Source: Salinispira sp. (GTDB taxonomy: Bacteria; Spirochaetota; Spirochaetia; DSM-27196; Salinispiraceae). Taken from it: DNA of 64,000 nt. Of the stretch, positions 9,207 to 19,332 are shown piece by piece. The DNA is taken from positions 2,848,001 through 2,912,000 of the forward strand of contig OZ271918.1 of the NCBI GenBank assembly GCA_965602015.1, written 5' to 3'. Every line of letters begins with the position of its first letter. The first letter of the stretch is position 1. A model generated the notes under the pieces. The model saw only the letters and a list, made by a program, of their open reading frames with translations. It did not search any database and was not told the DNA's origin. Made by a program: the position numbers and the translations under genes.

Positions 9207-10439
9207 ATGGGCGGCGGCATTGCGGATTTTGCCAGAGAATCCTACTCACGCCTCTTTTCTTCCCTGTATTCCCGGTTCCGGGACATGGAGTTGGTTGAAG
9301 ATGGGATTCAGGATGCCATAGAAAAGCTTCTTGGCCGGCGGGGGAATCCTCCACGGGATACCCTCGCCTGGCTCTACACTGCGGCGAAAAACCGCATCCT
9401 CGACACCCTTAAAAGCAAGGCGGCACAGTTGGTGGCATACGCCGAGGAAATACACGGCGGGAGTGAAAGCGGAACTGATCCCTTCCAGGTTGATGAACAG
9501 CTTCGTCTCATGTGCCTCTGCTGTCATCCGGCTCTGGGTGAGCGGGTACAGATACTACTCACCCTGAAGCTGGTGGCCGGCCTCACATCCGGGGAGATTG
9601 CCGCCGCCCTGGTGATGAAAAAAAAGAGCGTCGAACAGGCACTTACCAGGGCAAAGGAAAAAATAAGGATAGCCGGCATACCATTCCGGACTCCCGAGGA
9701 CGGCGATCTGACCGATCGTCTGTCGGCCATTCGGAAGACGGTGTATCTCATGTTTAATGAGGGGTACCACAGCAACTCGGGGCAGGGGACGCAACGGCCC
9801 GACCTATGCAATGAAGCCATCCGCCTCGCCCGGCTGCTTGTGACCCTGTCGGGAGCCGATTCCCATCCTTCGCTATCTCTTCTGGCATTACTGCTATACC
9901 AGAACTCCCGGAGAAGAGCCCGCTTCAGCGACGATGGAGAGCCAATTCTCTTAAAAGATCAGGACAGGAACCTGTGGGACAGGGACCTGATTCGGGAAGC
10001 ACATGAACTGTTTGAAGCCCTGCTTCCTGCCACCCCCAATAAGCCGAACGAGTATTTCTTCCAGGCGGCCATAGCCAGGGAGTACGCCAGAGCTCCGGGG
10101 TATGAGGAGAGCAATTGGCCGCAAATCTGCCGGCTCTACGCCGATTACTACTACGCATACCCAAACCCCGTCGTGCTGCTTTCCTGGATTGGCGCGGAGT
10201 CCCAGCGCAGCACTCCCCGCATCGCCCTGGAACTCATGAAAAAGTTCGATCTACATACCCACTTGAAGGATTACCGCTGGTTTTACTCAGTCCGGGGCGA
10301 GCTCCGAGCCAAAACCGGCGATGCGGCCGGCGCATCAGCCGATTTATCAAGGGCGCTCTCACTCGCGGTAAATCCCGGGGAGCGGCGGCTATTGGAACGG
10401 CGCCTGGGGGAAATCGACGAGACTCTTGCTAAACGCTAA
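9207..10439 (+). CDS. ECF sigma factor with C-terminal TPR-like extension (ECF42 type)
   Basis: AWL...AKNR, LRLM..CCHPAL, YLMFNEGY, L.DQDR..WD; directly follows the DGPF gene. Confidence 0.9.
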   Translation: MGGGIADFARESYSRLFSSLYSRFRDMELVEDGIQDAIEKLLGRRGNPPRDTLAWLYTAAKNRILDTLKSKAAQLVAYAEEIHGGSESGTDPFQVDEQLRLMCLCCHPALGERVQILLTLKLVAGLTSGEIAAALVMKKKSVEQALTRAKEKIRIAGIPFRTPEDGDLTDRLSAIRKTVYLMFNEGYHSNSGQGTQRPDLCNEAIRLARLLVTLSGADSHPSLSLLALLLYQNSRRRARFSDDGEPILLKDQDRNLWDRDLIREAHELFEALLPATPNKPNEYFFQAAIAREYARAPGYEESNWPQICRLYADYYYAYPNPVVLLSWIGAESQRSTPRIALELMKKFDLHTHLKDYRWFYSVRGELRAKTGDAAGASADLSRALSLAVNPGERRLLERRLGEIDETLAKR

Positions 10440-10471
10440 GCATCTCCAAGCTGCGGGCTTACTAAACCCCA

Positions 10472-11368
10472 TCACTCCCCGTGGACCCGCACGAGAATAT
10501 TGCCCTTTTTCCTGCCGCTTGCCACGTAGGCATGGGCCTGGGCAACGCCTTCGAGGGTGATTTCCCGGTCGATGATTGCAGTTACGTTTCCTTCTTTCGC
10601 CATTTCAAGAAGCTCTTCCAGTTCAGTGTTTATCTCTTTTGTGGGCCGGCGCACGCTGCCGATCTGTCCACCGGGATTGATGAGCTGTTTAGCCTGTTTC
10701 CTTGATAGTTTGCCCACCGCATCGATGAGGATGTCTACCCGTTGTTTTTTCCACTCGTCTTCCCGATAATCCAGCAGCCTGTCCATACCAAGACCCCGAA
10801 CCGCCGCAATGCTCGAGCTGCTGCACACACCGGTGACCCGGGCTCCCCTATGTTGGGCCAGTTGAGCGACGTAGCTCCCAACCGAGCCGGAGCAGCCATA
10901 TACCATAAGGCTCTTCCCTTTTATGCCGGAAAGCCGGCCCAGAATCTGCATTGCGGTCATGCCGCCCACCGCAAGGGGAGCCGCCTTTTCGAGGGCAAGG
11001 GCTTTGTCTACCTTCGCAAGAACCCCGCTTCTGCTCCTGGCGGGTACGCAGAGGTATTCGGCGTTTGCCCCGTATCGCAAACCCGTCGCGGTGCCGGCCA
11101 CCCGGTCTCCCGGAGAAAAATCCCCTACCCCGTCCCCGACTGCTTCGATTGTCCCTGAAAACTCCACTCCCGGAATATCCATGGCCTTGAATCCGAACAA
11201 AGCGCCGAGCACTGCGGTCAGTGCCCGGGGCATATTGTGCATAATTACGTCACCCCGGGTGACCGTGGCGTACGCCATCTTAACCAGCAGCTCTCCTTCG
11301 GACGGTTCGGACCTGTGGAAGTCCCGCAGCCTCAAAGCTCCGTTCCGGGTTCCGTCAATTGCCTTCAT
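10472..11368 (-). CDS. zinc-independent MDR-family NAD(P)-dependent oxidoreductase
   Basis: PG.EFSG, GANAEY, G.SGSVG, AH.YV.SGRKKGN. Confidence 0.85.
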   Translation of the reverse strand: MKAIDGTRNGALRLRDFHRSEPSEGELLVKMAYATVTRGDVIMHNMPRALTAVLGALFGFKAMDIPGVEFSGTIEAVGDGVGDFSPGDRVAGTATGLRYGANAEYLCVPARSRSGVLAKVDKALALEKAAPLAVGGMTAMQILGRLSGIKGKSLMVYGCSGSVGSYVAQLAQHRGARVTGVCSSSSIAAVRGLGMDRLLDYREDEWKKQRVDILIDAVGKLSRKQAKQLINPGGQIGSVRRPTKEINTELEELLEMAKEGNVTAIIDREITLEGVAQAHAYVASGRKKGNILVRVHGE

Positions 11369-11380
11369 ATCAATCTCCTA

Positions 11381-11438
11381 AACTTACAGTGTAAACTTGC
11401 ATGAGATATACTTTATATATACACTGTAAGTTAGTCAA
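11381..11438. promoter_or_regulatory. twin TetR operators overlapping divergent sigma70 promoters
   Basis: AACTTACAGTGTA (11381-11393) and TACACTGTAAGTT (11420-11432) form an inverted pair; + promoter TTGCAT-17-TACACT (11397-11425); - promoter TTGACT-17-TAAAGT (11438-11410). Confidence 0.75.
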
Positions 11439-11462
11439 GCATTTTATCAAAGGAGACATTCG

Positions 11463-12140
11463 ATGGCGAAAACCCGCAAAGGCAGAGCCCGGGCAGGTCT
11501 GAGTCGGGAACTGGTTGTGGCGGCGGCGGTCGAGTATGCCGACCGCTTGGGGATAGATGCCCTATCGATGAGAAAGCTCGCAGGTGATTTGGGGGTGGAG
11601 GCGATGAGCCTGTACAACCACGTGAAAAACAAGGAAGCCCTCACCAAGGCAATGCTCGATGTGGTTACCGGAAAGTTTTCCCTGCCGGAGGAACCACTGA
11701 CATGGAGGGAATTTTTATTTGAAAGGGGCGAGTCGATGTACCAGGGCCTGGTGGAGCACCCCTGGTCTTCAATGACGCTTATGTCCACCTTTTACGACGG
11801 GCCGTTATTTTTGCAGTTTATGGACCGGAGTTTCGGCTTTTTGGAAGATGCGGGCTTCAGCCTCGACAGAGCGGACTGGATACTCAATGCGGCGGACAGT
11901 TTCACTTACGGCTTTGTACTGCAGAAAATCAATTTCCCCATAGCCGACGAGAACATGGGTGCGGTCGCGGAAGCATCCCTGGACCTGGTGCCTCCGGACA
12001 GCCTTCCGCATCTGAATCGCCTCACCGCCATGGTTGCCCGGGGAGAATACGACGGCTTGTTCGACTACCACTTCGGGCTGTCGGCATTGGTGCGGGGTTT
12101 TGACGAACCCGGGCGGTCAGCCGGCACTACTGGGCGGTGA
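11463..12140 (+). CDS. TetR-family regulator (TetR_C type)
   Basis: LSMRKLA..LGVEAMSLYNHV.NK HTH and C-terminal F.FGL..L..G. Confidence 0.92.
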   Translation: MAKTRKGRARAGLSRELVVAAAVEYADRLGIDALSMRKLAGDLGVEAMSLYNHVKNKEALTKAMLDVVTGKFSLPEEPLTWREFLFERGESMYQGLVEHPWSSMTLMSTFYDGPLFLQFMDRSFGFLEDAGFSLDRADWILNAADSFTYGFVLQKINFPIADENMGAVAEASLDLVPPDSLPHLNRLTAMVARGEYDGLFDYHFGLSALVRGFDEPGRSAGTTGR

Positions 12141-12897
12141 AACCCCCGTCCACCGTCAGGATGTGCCCCGTGAGAAACACCGGTGCCTCGCTGAGAAGCC
12201 AGAGGGCTACAGATGCGACCTCTTCGGGTTCGGCAATCCGGCCGATGGGGTGGCCTTCACCGTAGGCTTTTTCTATCTCAGGACGGCCTCCGGTGCTCCG
12301 CTTAAAAATGTCGGTCCGCACGGAGGCCGGGGCGATGGCGTTTACCGATACTCCCCGGGACGAATATTCCAGGGCGGCAGTGCGGGTGAGTCCGTTGACC
12401 GCGTGGCGGCTCGCATTGTAGGCGGATCGGCCCGGCCGGGCCACCGATCCGCATATGCTCGACATATTCACAATTCTCCCGCCGCCGTTTCGCAGCATCA
12501 TGGCCAATTCCCTCTGCATGAGCAGAAAGGTCCCCCGGAGATTAATGTCGAGAATGCGGTCGAATTCCTCTATGCTCGTTTCCAGAATCTCGGCCTTTTC
12601 CCCGTCGATACCCGCATTGTTAAATGCCCCGTCCAGGACGCCGTGCTGATCCCCGATGTGGCGGAACAAGCGGTCGAGGTCTTCGACCTTTGAGCTGTCC
12701 GACGGGTGAAACTCAGCGGTGTATCCGAAGTCCCTCAATTCATCCTGGAACGCATAACCGAGCTCCCGCCGCCGCCCGGTAAATATCAGCCGGGCGCCTT
12801 TGGCTGCAATGAGCCGGCAGGCTTCCCTGCCGATACCCGAAGTTCCGCCGGTAACCAGAATGACCTTGCCAGTAAGAACGGCTGCAGACCTGCTCAC
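12127..12897 (-). CDS. short-chain dehydrogenase/reductase
   Basis: TGGTSGIG, NNAG, YNASR (Arg at the usual Lys), VDGG; GTG start overlaps the upstream stop (GTGA). Confidence 0.9.
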   Translation of the reverse strand: MSRSAAVLTGKVILVTGGTSGIGREACRLIAAKGARLIFTGRRRELGYAFQDELRDFGYTAEFHPSDSSKVEDLDRLFRHIGDQHGVLDGAFNNAGIDGEKAEILETSIEEFDRILDINLRGTFLLMQRELAMMLRNGGGRIVNMSSICGSVARPGRSAYNASRHAVNGLTRTAALEYSSRGVSVNAIAPASVRTDIFKRSTGGRPEIEKAYGEGHPIGRIAEPEEVASVALWLLSEAPVFLTGHILTVDGGFTAQ

Positions 12898-14099
12898 AAG
12901 ACGGCCTCTTCGGGAACCTTGCACGAGCGTTTCAAAAAGAGCTCGAGTGCCTCGCTCTCAAACTCGTCGCCGAATACCAGGCGCTGACCCCGGCTTCCCG
13001 CCGATATAAGCGTGGCGCTCCCGTTTGCTGTGCCGAGCCCTGAGATGAGCAGAATAAACTCGCATGCCCCGCTTTCCGGCAGCTCGCCGCCGGATCCGAG
13101 CTTTATTTCGGCTCCCGACAGGTTGATCAGATTCACTTCCCGTTCGATCCAGCGGCTCTGGGGATCCGTTCTGATAAGCAGACTGTAATCCCGGTGATCC
13201 GCGGGAATAAAGGGCAGCGAGCGCAGTTCATCGCGCTTCATACGCCGTATCCGCCGGAATACCCCGGTTCCGATATTGCTGCCCGCGCAGGTTACCACTC
13301 CGCTCTTTTGTCCGTTCTGATGGATTGATATATCCAGGCTGACGAAGGACCACACGCCCCGGTGCAGCTTTTTCCGGGTCAGTTCTGCTCTCAGTACCAC
13401 CGGAGCATAGAGCTCGAGAAAACCGCTGAACCGGGCTTCCAACACGTCGAGTATCATGTGGGAGCCCTCCAGGGGGACCGCCCCGTACTGGTGACCGCAG
13501 GCGATGATCATCTGGCGGCATGCTTCAAGAAGCATAATTCCCGGCACGTGCTCGTTGGGATGCTCAAAAAAGAAGGGGTGGCTTGTCTCCACAACCATGT
13601 TCGCCAGATACACTTCTTCCCGATATCCGGCATCGCCCTTCTCGACTATGGCGGACACCTCAGCCTGCAGCGAGTTGTCCGTGTAATACTCCCGTTTGTC
13701 GGCGGTTTTGATTATCCGGTTCAAAAGATCATCGTCGGGAATTTTTTTCAGATAGCGGGTTCCCGCGGCATCGCATTCACCGCCGTAATGGTCGTCCAGA
13801 TGACCCGCGAGGTCTTCATTGAGCGAAATCCGGACCGCCTCATACTGTTCCCGGCTGAGTTTCATTACCCCCAGGATTTCCCGGTGGGCATACACCGGCC
13901 CATCGCCCAGGAGTCCACCCGATTCGACCAGCCGGTACACCGAATACAGGGCATCTTTTTCTTCAGTGTTGAGCCGGGACGCCAGGGTATCCATTTCATC
14001 AGGAGAAATGCTCTTCGGGAGCATTCTCCTGAGATTCGCCAATAATACATTGCTTTCGCGGTTTTTATGGACCAACCGCCGGTCAACAAGCCTATCCAT
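12894..14099 (-). CDS. AfsA-related hotdog-fold protein with large insertion and possible C-terminal PilZ-like domain
   Basis: N-terminal VDRRLVHK...NVLL and [23 protein letters not shown] motifs typical of A-factor biosynthesis hotdog domains. Confidence 0.75.
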   Translation of the reverse strand: MDRLVDRRLVHKNRESNVLLANLRRMLPKSISPDEMDTLASRLNTEEKDALYSVYRLVESGGLLGDGPVYAHREILGVMKLSREQYEAVRISLNEDLAGHLDDHYGGECDAAGTRYLKKIPDDDLLNRIIKTADKREYYTDNSLQAEVSAIVEKGDAGYREEVYLANMVVETSHPFFFEHPNEHVPGIMLLEACRQMIIACGHQYGAVPLEGSHMILDVLEARFSGFLELYAPVVLRAELTRKKLHRGVWSFVSLDISIHQNGQKSGVVTCAGSNIGTGVFRRIRRMKRDELRSLPFIPADHRDYSLLIRTDPQSRWIEREVNLINLSGAEIKLGSGGELPESGACEFILLISGLGTANGSATLISAGSRGQRLVFGDEFESEALELFLKRSCKVPEEAVL

Positions 14100-16140
14100 C
14101 GCCTTCCTCCCCGAGCGAGAACTGATCGCAGATGCCTTCGAGATCCCTGGAAACCGCGGTGTTCGATTCCGAAGTTTTTCTCAGTTCCACAAGCATGGCC
14201 GAGATATCTTCGTTACTCCGGTGCTGCTCCAGGGTTGCGCCGCGGATGTAGTCCGACATGTGGACCAGATCGGCCATGGCATTCTCAATGTGCCGGCTCT
14301 TGCCGTTGACGTTATCCATCAGCTCTTTAATGCTGTTCGTGGCGTCAACCACCGATGAAACCGAAGCGAGCACCTCGTCGGTTCCCGCCCGCTGCTCGGT
14401 CATGGCCGACGACACCAGATCGATGAGCCCGGTGGTCTCTTCAATACCCTTGAGAATGCTTCTGAAAGACCGACCGGCTTCTTCGGTCTGTTCGACGCCG
14501 CTTTCAACGCGGTCTGACATCTGTTGAATCTGCTCGTATATTTGACGGGACTGGGACGAACTGCTTTCGGCGAGTTTGCGTATTTCCGACGCCACGACGG
14601 CGAAGCCCCGGCCGGCCTCGCCGGCATGGGCGGCCTCTATGGCGGCGTTCATCGCCAGGAGGTTTGTCTGTTCGGATACGTCGGCGATTATTTTGACGAA
14701 CTCCGCAACCCGGACCGCGCTTTCCCTGATGACCCGGATCGATTCGATGCTTTTCCCCAGCTGCTCTTCACCCTCCCGGGCAGTATTCCCCAGCTTCTGG
14801 CCCAGCTCATTTGCCAGGTCGGTGTTTTTGGCGACCGAGGCGATGTTGCCGGCCATCTCGCTCATGGCGCCGGCGGTCTGCTCAATAAACGACGACTGGT
14901 TCTCCACATCAATCCTGGCCCGGTCCATATCCTGCTGCATCTGGGCTATGAGGTCCCGGACGAGGGTTACCGAGCCGGATTGCTCCTCTGCGCTTGACGA
15001 TATCTGCCGCACCGAACTGACGACCTCGTGCATCGCTGCCGAAGCCTGTTCCGCGGCGCTGTCCATGCTGACCGAAGAAAGGGATATGCGCTGGCTTCCT
15101 CCGGCCACGCTGACGAGAATGCTTTCAAGGGTCCCCATGAAGCGGTTTATCAGGTCTGACAGCTCACCGACCTCGTCGTAGGCGGTAATAAACAGCCGTT
15201 CGGTGAGACGGTCCTTTCCGTCGAGAATTCCCCGGATTTTCCGCTGCTGAAGCCGGAGCTGAAGGGTTATTTCCCTGGCGTACACGGCAATGACGATTAA
15301 CACGATGGCGGCAATGGCGATAAAGCCGAGATACACGCCAAAGCGAACCGCCCTGCGGCGGGCTTCCCCGGCTGCAATAATCCGCTCAAATGACGGCGCC
15401 GGATCCAGCCGGGAAAAAAGGCCGTCGAAGTTAGCCCGGGCTGCCTGCATATTGCCCCCTGAGGCCAAAATCTCCGCGCTTACCGTGGATTCGATTTCCC
15501 AGGCGAAATAGAGCTTGGGAATGAAATAACTCACGGCGTAGAGGGCCAGGAGGCTGCCGATGAGCACGGTTTTCGCCCGGAGCCCGCCGGACTTCCTCAC
15601 CTCGCCGATGCTGGTTATTTTCATCACGCTTCGGACCGGGGTCAGCACCTGATTGTTGAGGGATATCTGAACGAAGGCATACACGACGGAACTCGAAAGG
15701 GTAAAAACCAGCTGGAACCACAGGCGGGGACTGTCGGGATTGGAAAACAGTCCCCGGTTCCATGCGAAGAGCAGGGTTCCCAGGAAAAAGCTGATAAAGT
15801 TCAGCAGGAAAATAAATGCCGGGAGGGCGAACATGCGCTTTTTCGCCAACTTCATTTCCTCAGCCGGCGCTCCTCCGCCGGACAGTAGTCGGCGGTAGGT
15901 TTTAGTAATGGGCAGGGTGTAGGCGTATATCGCTCCGGAAAAAAGCAGGAGGATGGGTATAACATTCACCAGCATAAATGTGGAGAAGTAGCTCCACAGT
16001 CCGCTCAACGGATCGATGCCGATAATTGCCTGTTCGATTACGTGGTCGGTAATCGTCAGGATGCTCAGGGGCAGCAGGAACACCAGTACGGTATTTCTTA
16101 CTATCCTGATGGAGACATTGCTTTTTTTCATCTGGGTCAT
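14092..16140 (-). CDS. methyl-accepting chemotaxis protein with multi-TM sensor region
   Basis: [35 protein letters not shown] hairpin, HAMP-like DEVGEL, about 6 TM segments. Confidence 0.92.
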   Translation of the reverse strand: MTQMKKSNVSIRIVRNTVLVFLLPLSILTITDHVIEQAIIGIDPLSGLWSYFSTFMLVNVIPILLLFSGAIYAYTLPITKTYRRLLSGGGAPAEEMKLAKKRMFALPAFIFLLNFISFFLGTLLFAWNRGLFSNPDSPRLWFQLVFTLSSSVVYAFVQISLNNQVLTPVRSVMKITSIGEVRKSGGLRAKTVLIGSLLALYAVSYFIPKLYFAWEIESTVSAEILASGGNMQAARANFDGLFSRLDPAPSFERIIAAGEARRRAVRFGVYLGFIAIAAIVLIVIAVYAREITLQLRLQQRKIRGILDGKDRLTERLFITAYDEVGELSDLINRFMGTLESILVSVAGGSQRISLSSVSMDSAAEQASAAMHEVVSSVRQISSSAEEQSGSVTLVRDLIAQMQQDMDRARIDVENQSSFIEQTAGAMSEMAGNIASVAKNTDLANELGQKLGNTAREGEEQLGKSIESIRVIRESAVRVAEFVKIIADVSEQTNLLAMNAAIEAAHAGEAGRGFAVVASEIRKLAESSSSQSRQIYEQIQQMSDRVESGVEQTEEAGRSFRSILKGIEETTGLIDLVSSAMTEQRAGTDEVLASVSSVVDATNSIKELMDNVNGKSRHIENAMADLVHMSDYIRGATLEQHRSNEDISAMLVELRKTSESNTAVSRDLEGICDQFSLGEEGDG

Positions 16141-16157
16141 AGACTCTCCGGCCCGGC

Positions 16158-17216
16158 CTACTGAATGTAGGCCAGGGCTATTTCGAGGCTGTCAGGAAAG
16201 TTGGAGAAGCCCAAAAGCCTTCCCTCGGCATCGGCGGTCCAGGAATTCACGGTGTGCACCCGGTAGATTTTCCCCGTGCTAAACACCCGCCACTCTTCGT
16301 AGAGAATGACGTCGGCCCGGTTTCCTTCACTGACTATGAAGCGCTCGACAAAAACCGGCTCCGCGGTGCCCCCCAGGTTGCCCACAAAACTGAGAATTTC
16401 ATTTTTACCCTCGTAGGAACCCGCAAAGGGATAACTCTGAGGATCTCCCTTGAAATACACTGCGGCATCATCGGACAAGAGTTCGAACACAGCGGGAATA
16501 TCGCCGGCGTAAAACAGATCGTAGAGGGTGTCGACTTTTTCAGCGACGCCGTCCACATTAACGCCGATTTCATAGGAATCGTCGGGGTTGCGGATGTCGG
16601 TAAAAAGCCGTCCGTCGGCATTGCCGCCGAATGCCCGGGTCCATGCCTGGGTGTCGTAATACATCCTCGCTTCGCTTATATAGCCGCTGCGGCCGAAGCG
16701 GAAAAGGAATACGGTCTCAAGATCGATTTCGGCCCCGGTAGATACCACCTCCGCGCGTATTTGAACGTGGCTGCTCACGTAATCGTTCTCGGCGAGCTGA
16801 TACTGAACGTCGACCTCCCGGATATCAAGTTCCCTCCACAACTGTCTGAAGTAGCGGTCAACCTCGCGGCCTCCGCTGTATTCCCCCGAAAGGGGCACCC
16901 GCCCCCCGGCGAGGCCGGTGATGGTAAGTTCGGAGCCCCGGACGAAAAACCGGGATGTGAGAAAGTGCTCCCGGGAATAGAGCTCGAAAAACAGCCTCAG
17001 GTAATGCTTACGGGCCTGGTAAATCCAATCCGGCGAAAGGGTCCTGCTGGCGCTTTCCGTCCTGACGCTCATGTCCATGACGCTTCCCGGAGGAGGCGGA
17101 AGCTCGGAAATCTCCATCTGGTGGTCCGGGTCCATAAACGGCTCGGTACACGAGCTGATAAAAACGGCTGCAATGACAATACATGCTATACGAAAAAATG
17201 TGCTGGCGGTGTTCAC
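16158..17216 (-). CDS. lipoprotein with two SnoaL/NTF2-like domains
   Basis: GTG 17216 with AGGAG RBS, lipobox ISSC, two repeats of P..G.Y.G..E...F ... ending Y.DT / F.DS. Confidence 0.75.
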   Translation of the reverse strand: MNTASTFFRIACIVIAAVFISSCTEPFMDPDHQMEISELPPPPGSVMDMSVRTESASRTLSPDWIYQARKHYLRLFFELYSREHFLTSRFFVRGSELTITGLAGGRVPLSGEYSGGREVDRYFRQLWRELDIREVDVQYQLAENDYVSSHVQIRAEVVSTGAEIDLETVFLFRFGRSGYISEARMYYDTQAWTRAFGGNADGRLFTDIRNPDDSYEIGVNVDGVAEKVDTLYDLFYAGDIPAVFELLSDDAAVYFKGDPQSYPFAGSYEGKNEILSFVGNLGGTAEPVFVERFIVSEGNRADVILYEEWRVFSTGKIYRVHTVNSWTADAEGRLLGFSNFPDSLEIALAYIQ

Positions 17217-17301
17217 GGTATTCTCCTGTATTTTTACTTGCAACTGCCGCGGGTCGGCAGTTTCCTCAATGAACCCTAACTCCGTTGTCTTGTGCCGTAT
17301 A

Positions 17302-17331
17302 TAGCAATGTATTGCTAGCAAGATCTTGCTA
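17302..17331. promoter_or_regulatory. tandem palindromic operator TAGCAA-N4-TTGCTA x2
   Basis: TAGCAATGTATTGCTA (17302-17317) and perfect palindrome TAGCAAGATCTTGCTA (17316-17331) in the divergent intergenic region. Confidence 0.65.
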
Positions 17332-17417
17332 TGCCAAAATCAGGGAAAATTTGAATAGGCGTGAAAAAATAGCTATATTCTGACCAGACTATATTTGAGT
17401 TTTTTGAAGAGAATGCT

Positions 17418-19022
17418 ATGAAACCACTGTTGGAAAGAGTTTCGGATATTTACTCGTCGGAGCATCCCCAAATTCGCATAAAGGCCAGGACCATGCTTGT
17501 CATCGCACTGGCGTCCTCTGCCCTGCTTATTATCAGCCTGGCAATTCGCCTCATAACGGGTAACTTCGCGGTAGCCCTGCTGGGGGCATCGGCGCTGGCG
17601 GCTATCTGGACCGGAATGGGTTTTCTGTTCAGGGGCAGGGCGGTTGCTGCCAGCAATATTCTTCTTATTGCCGCGGGCACGGGGGCTTTGGCAATTTCCT
17701 ATGAAGGGGTGAGCGGCGATCCGGCGGCGCTGTACTCCGTGGCCTTATACGCAATGATTCCCCTGTTTTCCATCGTGTTGTTCGGCATGAAACGCTATCA
17801 GTATTTTATCATCCTCGGCGAAACCGTCGCGGTGTACGTCCTTGCGCTCATCGTGAAGATCCTCCCCATGGGGCTGGAAACCGCGCAAGTGCTGGGGCCC
17901 GTAATCGGTTCTTCCCTGGTGTTCCTTACCCTCTTCGCATTCCTTTTGGTCGCCAGTCGAAATTCCGAGCGCCTCATCGCAGATGTGGCCCGGCAGGCCG
18001 AAGAACTGCAGCTGCAGATCAACAGGCAAAACGCCTTGCTTGCAAATGTGGAAAAGAGTCTTGATACCGGCAGCGCCCTCCGGGAAAAAGCCGGCTTATC
18101 CCAGGAAATGACTGCAAAAATCAGCGCCAGCCTTGAAGAAATGGGAAAACACACCCACAGCCTTCGGGAACAGGCGGAACTCACCACCAGGTCCCAGCAT
18201 GCGGTAACTCAGGCAAATGACTCGGTGAAAAACCAGATGAGTGAACAGAGCGCGGCGGTAACCGAATCTTCCGCATCAATAGAACAGATGTCGTCGAACA
18301 TCGCATCCATATCCAACTCCGCCCGAGAGAAAAAACAGTTCGTCGACCAGCTCAATAAGCGGCTGTCCGACGGTGAACGTTCAATGGCCCAGACCCGTCA
18401 ACTCATCGAACAGATGAATACATCCATGAAAAGCATGCTGGACATTATCACAGTAATCGAGGATGTTTCGGACCGCACCAACCTGCTGGCCATGAACGCA
18501 TCCATCGAGTCGGCCCATGCGGGGGAACAAGGTCGGGGATTCGCTGTGGTGGCTCAGGAGATCCGCAAGCTCAGCGAGGAGACCCGGGTGAACTCGGCGA
18601 ATATCCGCTCTTCCATTGAGGAAAACCGGGAACTCATGGGCCAAACCCAGGAGGCCATCCTGGCCAACAGCGAGAACTTCAAAGCGATAACCAGTGAGGT
18701 CGTACAGGTTAGCCAGGCATTTCAGGAGATCCTCTCATCGACCCAGGAATTGCAAACCGGAACCATGGAGATCGTACAATCCACCGTTCTGCTCAAAGAC
18801 GGACACGATCAGGTCGATCGTGCCCTGGAAACCATGGAGACCACCATCGCTTCCACCGGCGAGAGCATACAGAAAATCGTAGAATCGGCAAAACTGATCG
18901 GAGAACGCATCGGTGACATCACCCGCACCGCCGGCACCATTCGAGGCGCTGCAGAAGATGTGTCCCGCATCGGCTCGGAAAACCTCGAAGCCGTCGAGAG
19001 CCTCAGAGAAGCCCTCCAGTAG
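17418..19022 (+). CDS. methyl-accepting chemotaxis protein, integral-membrane sensor
   Basis: [33 protein letters not shown]; about 6 TM helices in the first 180 aa. Confidence 0.92.
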   Translation: MKPLLERVSDIYSSEHPQIRIKARTMLVIALASSALLIISLAIRLITGNFAVALLGASALAAIWTGMGFLFRGRAVAASNILLIAAGTGALAISYEGVSGDPAALYSVALYAMIPLFSIVLFGMKRYQYFIILGETVAVYVLALIVKILPMGLETAQVLGPVIGSSLVFLTLFAFLLVASRNSERLIADVARQAEELQLQINRQNALLANVEKSLDTGSALREKAGLSQEMTAKISASLEEMGKHTHSLREQAELTTRSQHAVTQANDSVKNQMSEQSAAVTESSASIEQMSSNIASISNSAREKKQFVDQLNKRLSDGERSMAQTRQLIEQMNTSMKSMLDIITVIEDVSDRTNLLAMNASIESAHAGEQGRGFAVVAQEIRKLSEETRVNSANIRSSIEENRELMGQTQEAILANSENFKAITSEVVQVSQAFQEILSSTQELQTGTMEIVQSTVLLKDGHDQVDRALETMETTIASTGESIQKIVESAKLIGERIGDITRTAGTIRGAAEDVSRIGSENLEAVESLREALQ

Positions 19023-19063
19023 GTGCATTGGACGTTTTCTCCATCGGATAGTATATTATCAGT

Positions 19064-19249
19064 ATGAAAGTAGAACACAATCCCCTCATACAGAATCCTG
19101 CGGCAGCCGCACCGGAAGTCAAGCAGGAGGTAAGCGTGGATGTTTTAGATAACACTCTCGACATGGCCGCCGAACAGGCTTCACAACTGATCAAGATGAT
19201 GGAAATAAAAGACCCCATGGTCGGTCAGATGGTGGACATTGAAGTATGA
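19064..19249 (+). CDS. YjfB-like small putative motility protein
   Basis: 61 aa with V.VL...LD....A.QL..MM...P..G..VD pattern. Confidence 0.7.
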   Translation: MKVEHNPLIQNPAAAAPEVKQEVSVDVLDNTLDMAAEQASQLIKMMEIKDPMVGQMVDIEV

Positions 19250-19300
19250 TCGCACAACCCTGACCGTTTGAGAACGGACAAGACCCCTAAAGATGCAGAT

Positions 19301-19332
19301 GCCGCCGGGACACATGTTCCGGCGGTTTTTTT
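19301..19332 (+). terminator. intrinsic terminator between convergent genes
   Basis: GCCGCCGGGA/TTCCGGCGGT stem plus T-run. Confidence 0.7.

Noticed and set aside
17302..17337. CIRCE element or sigma54 promoter
   Set aside because: It does not match TTAGCACTC-N9-GAGTGCTAA, and the GG-to-GC spacing is not 10 nt.
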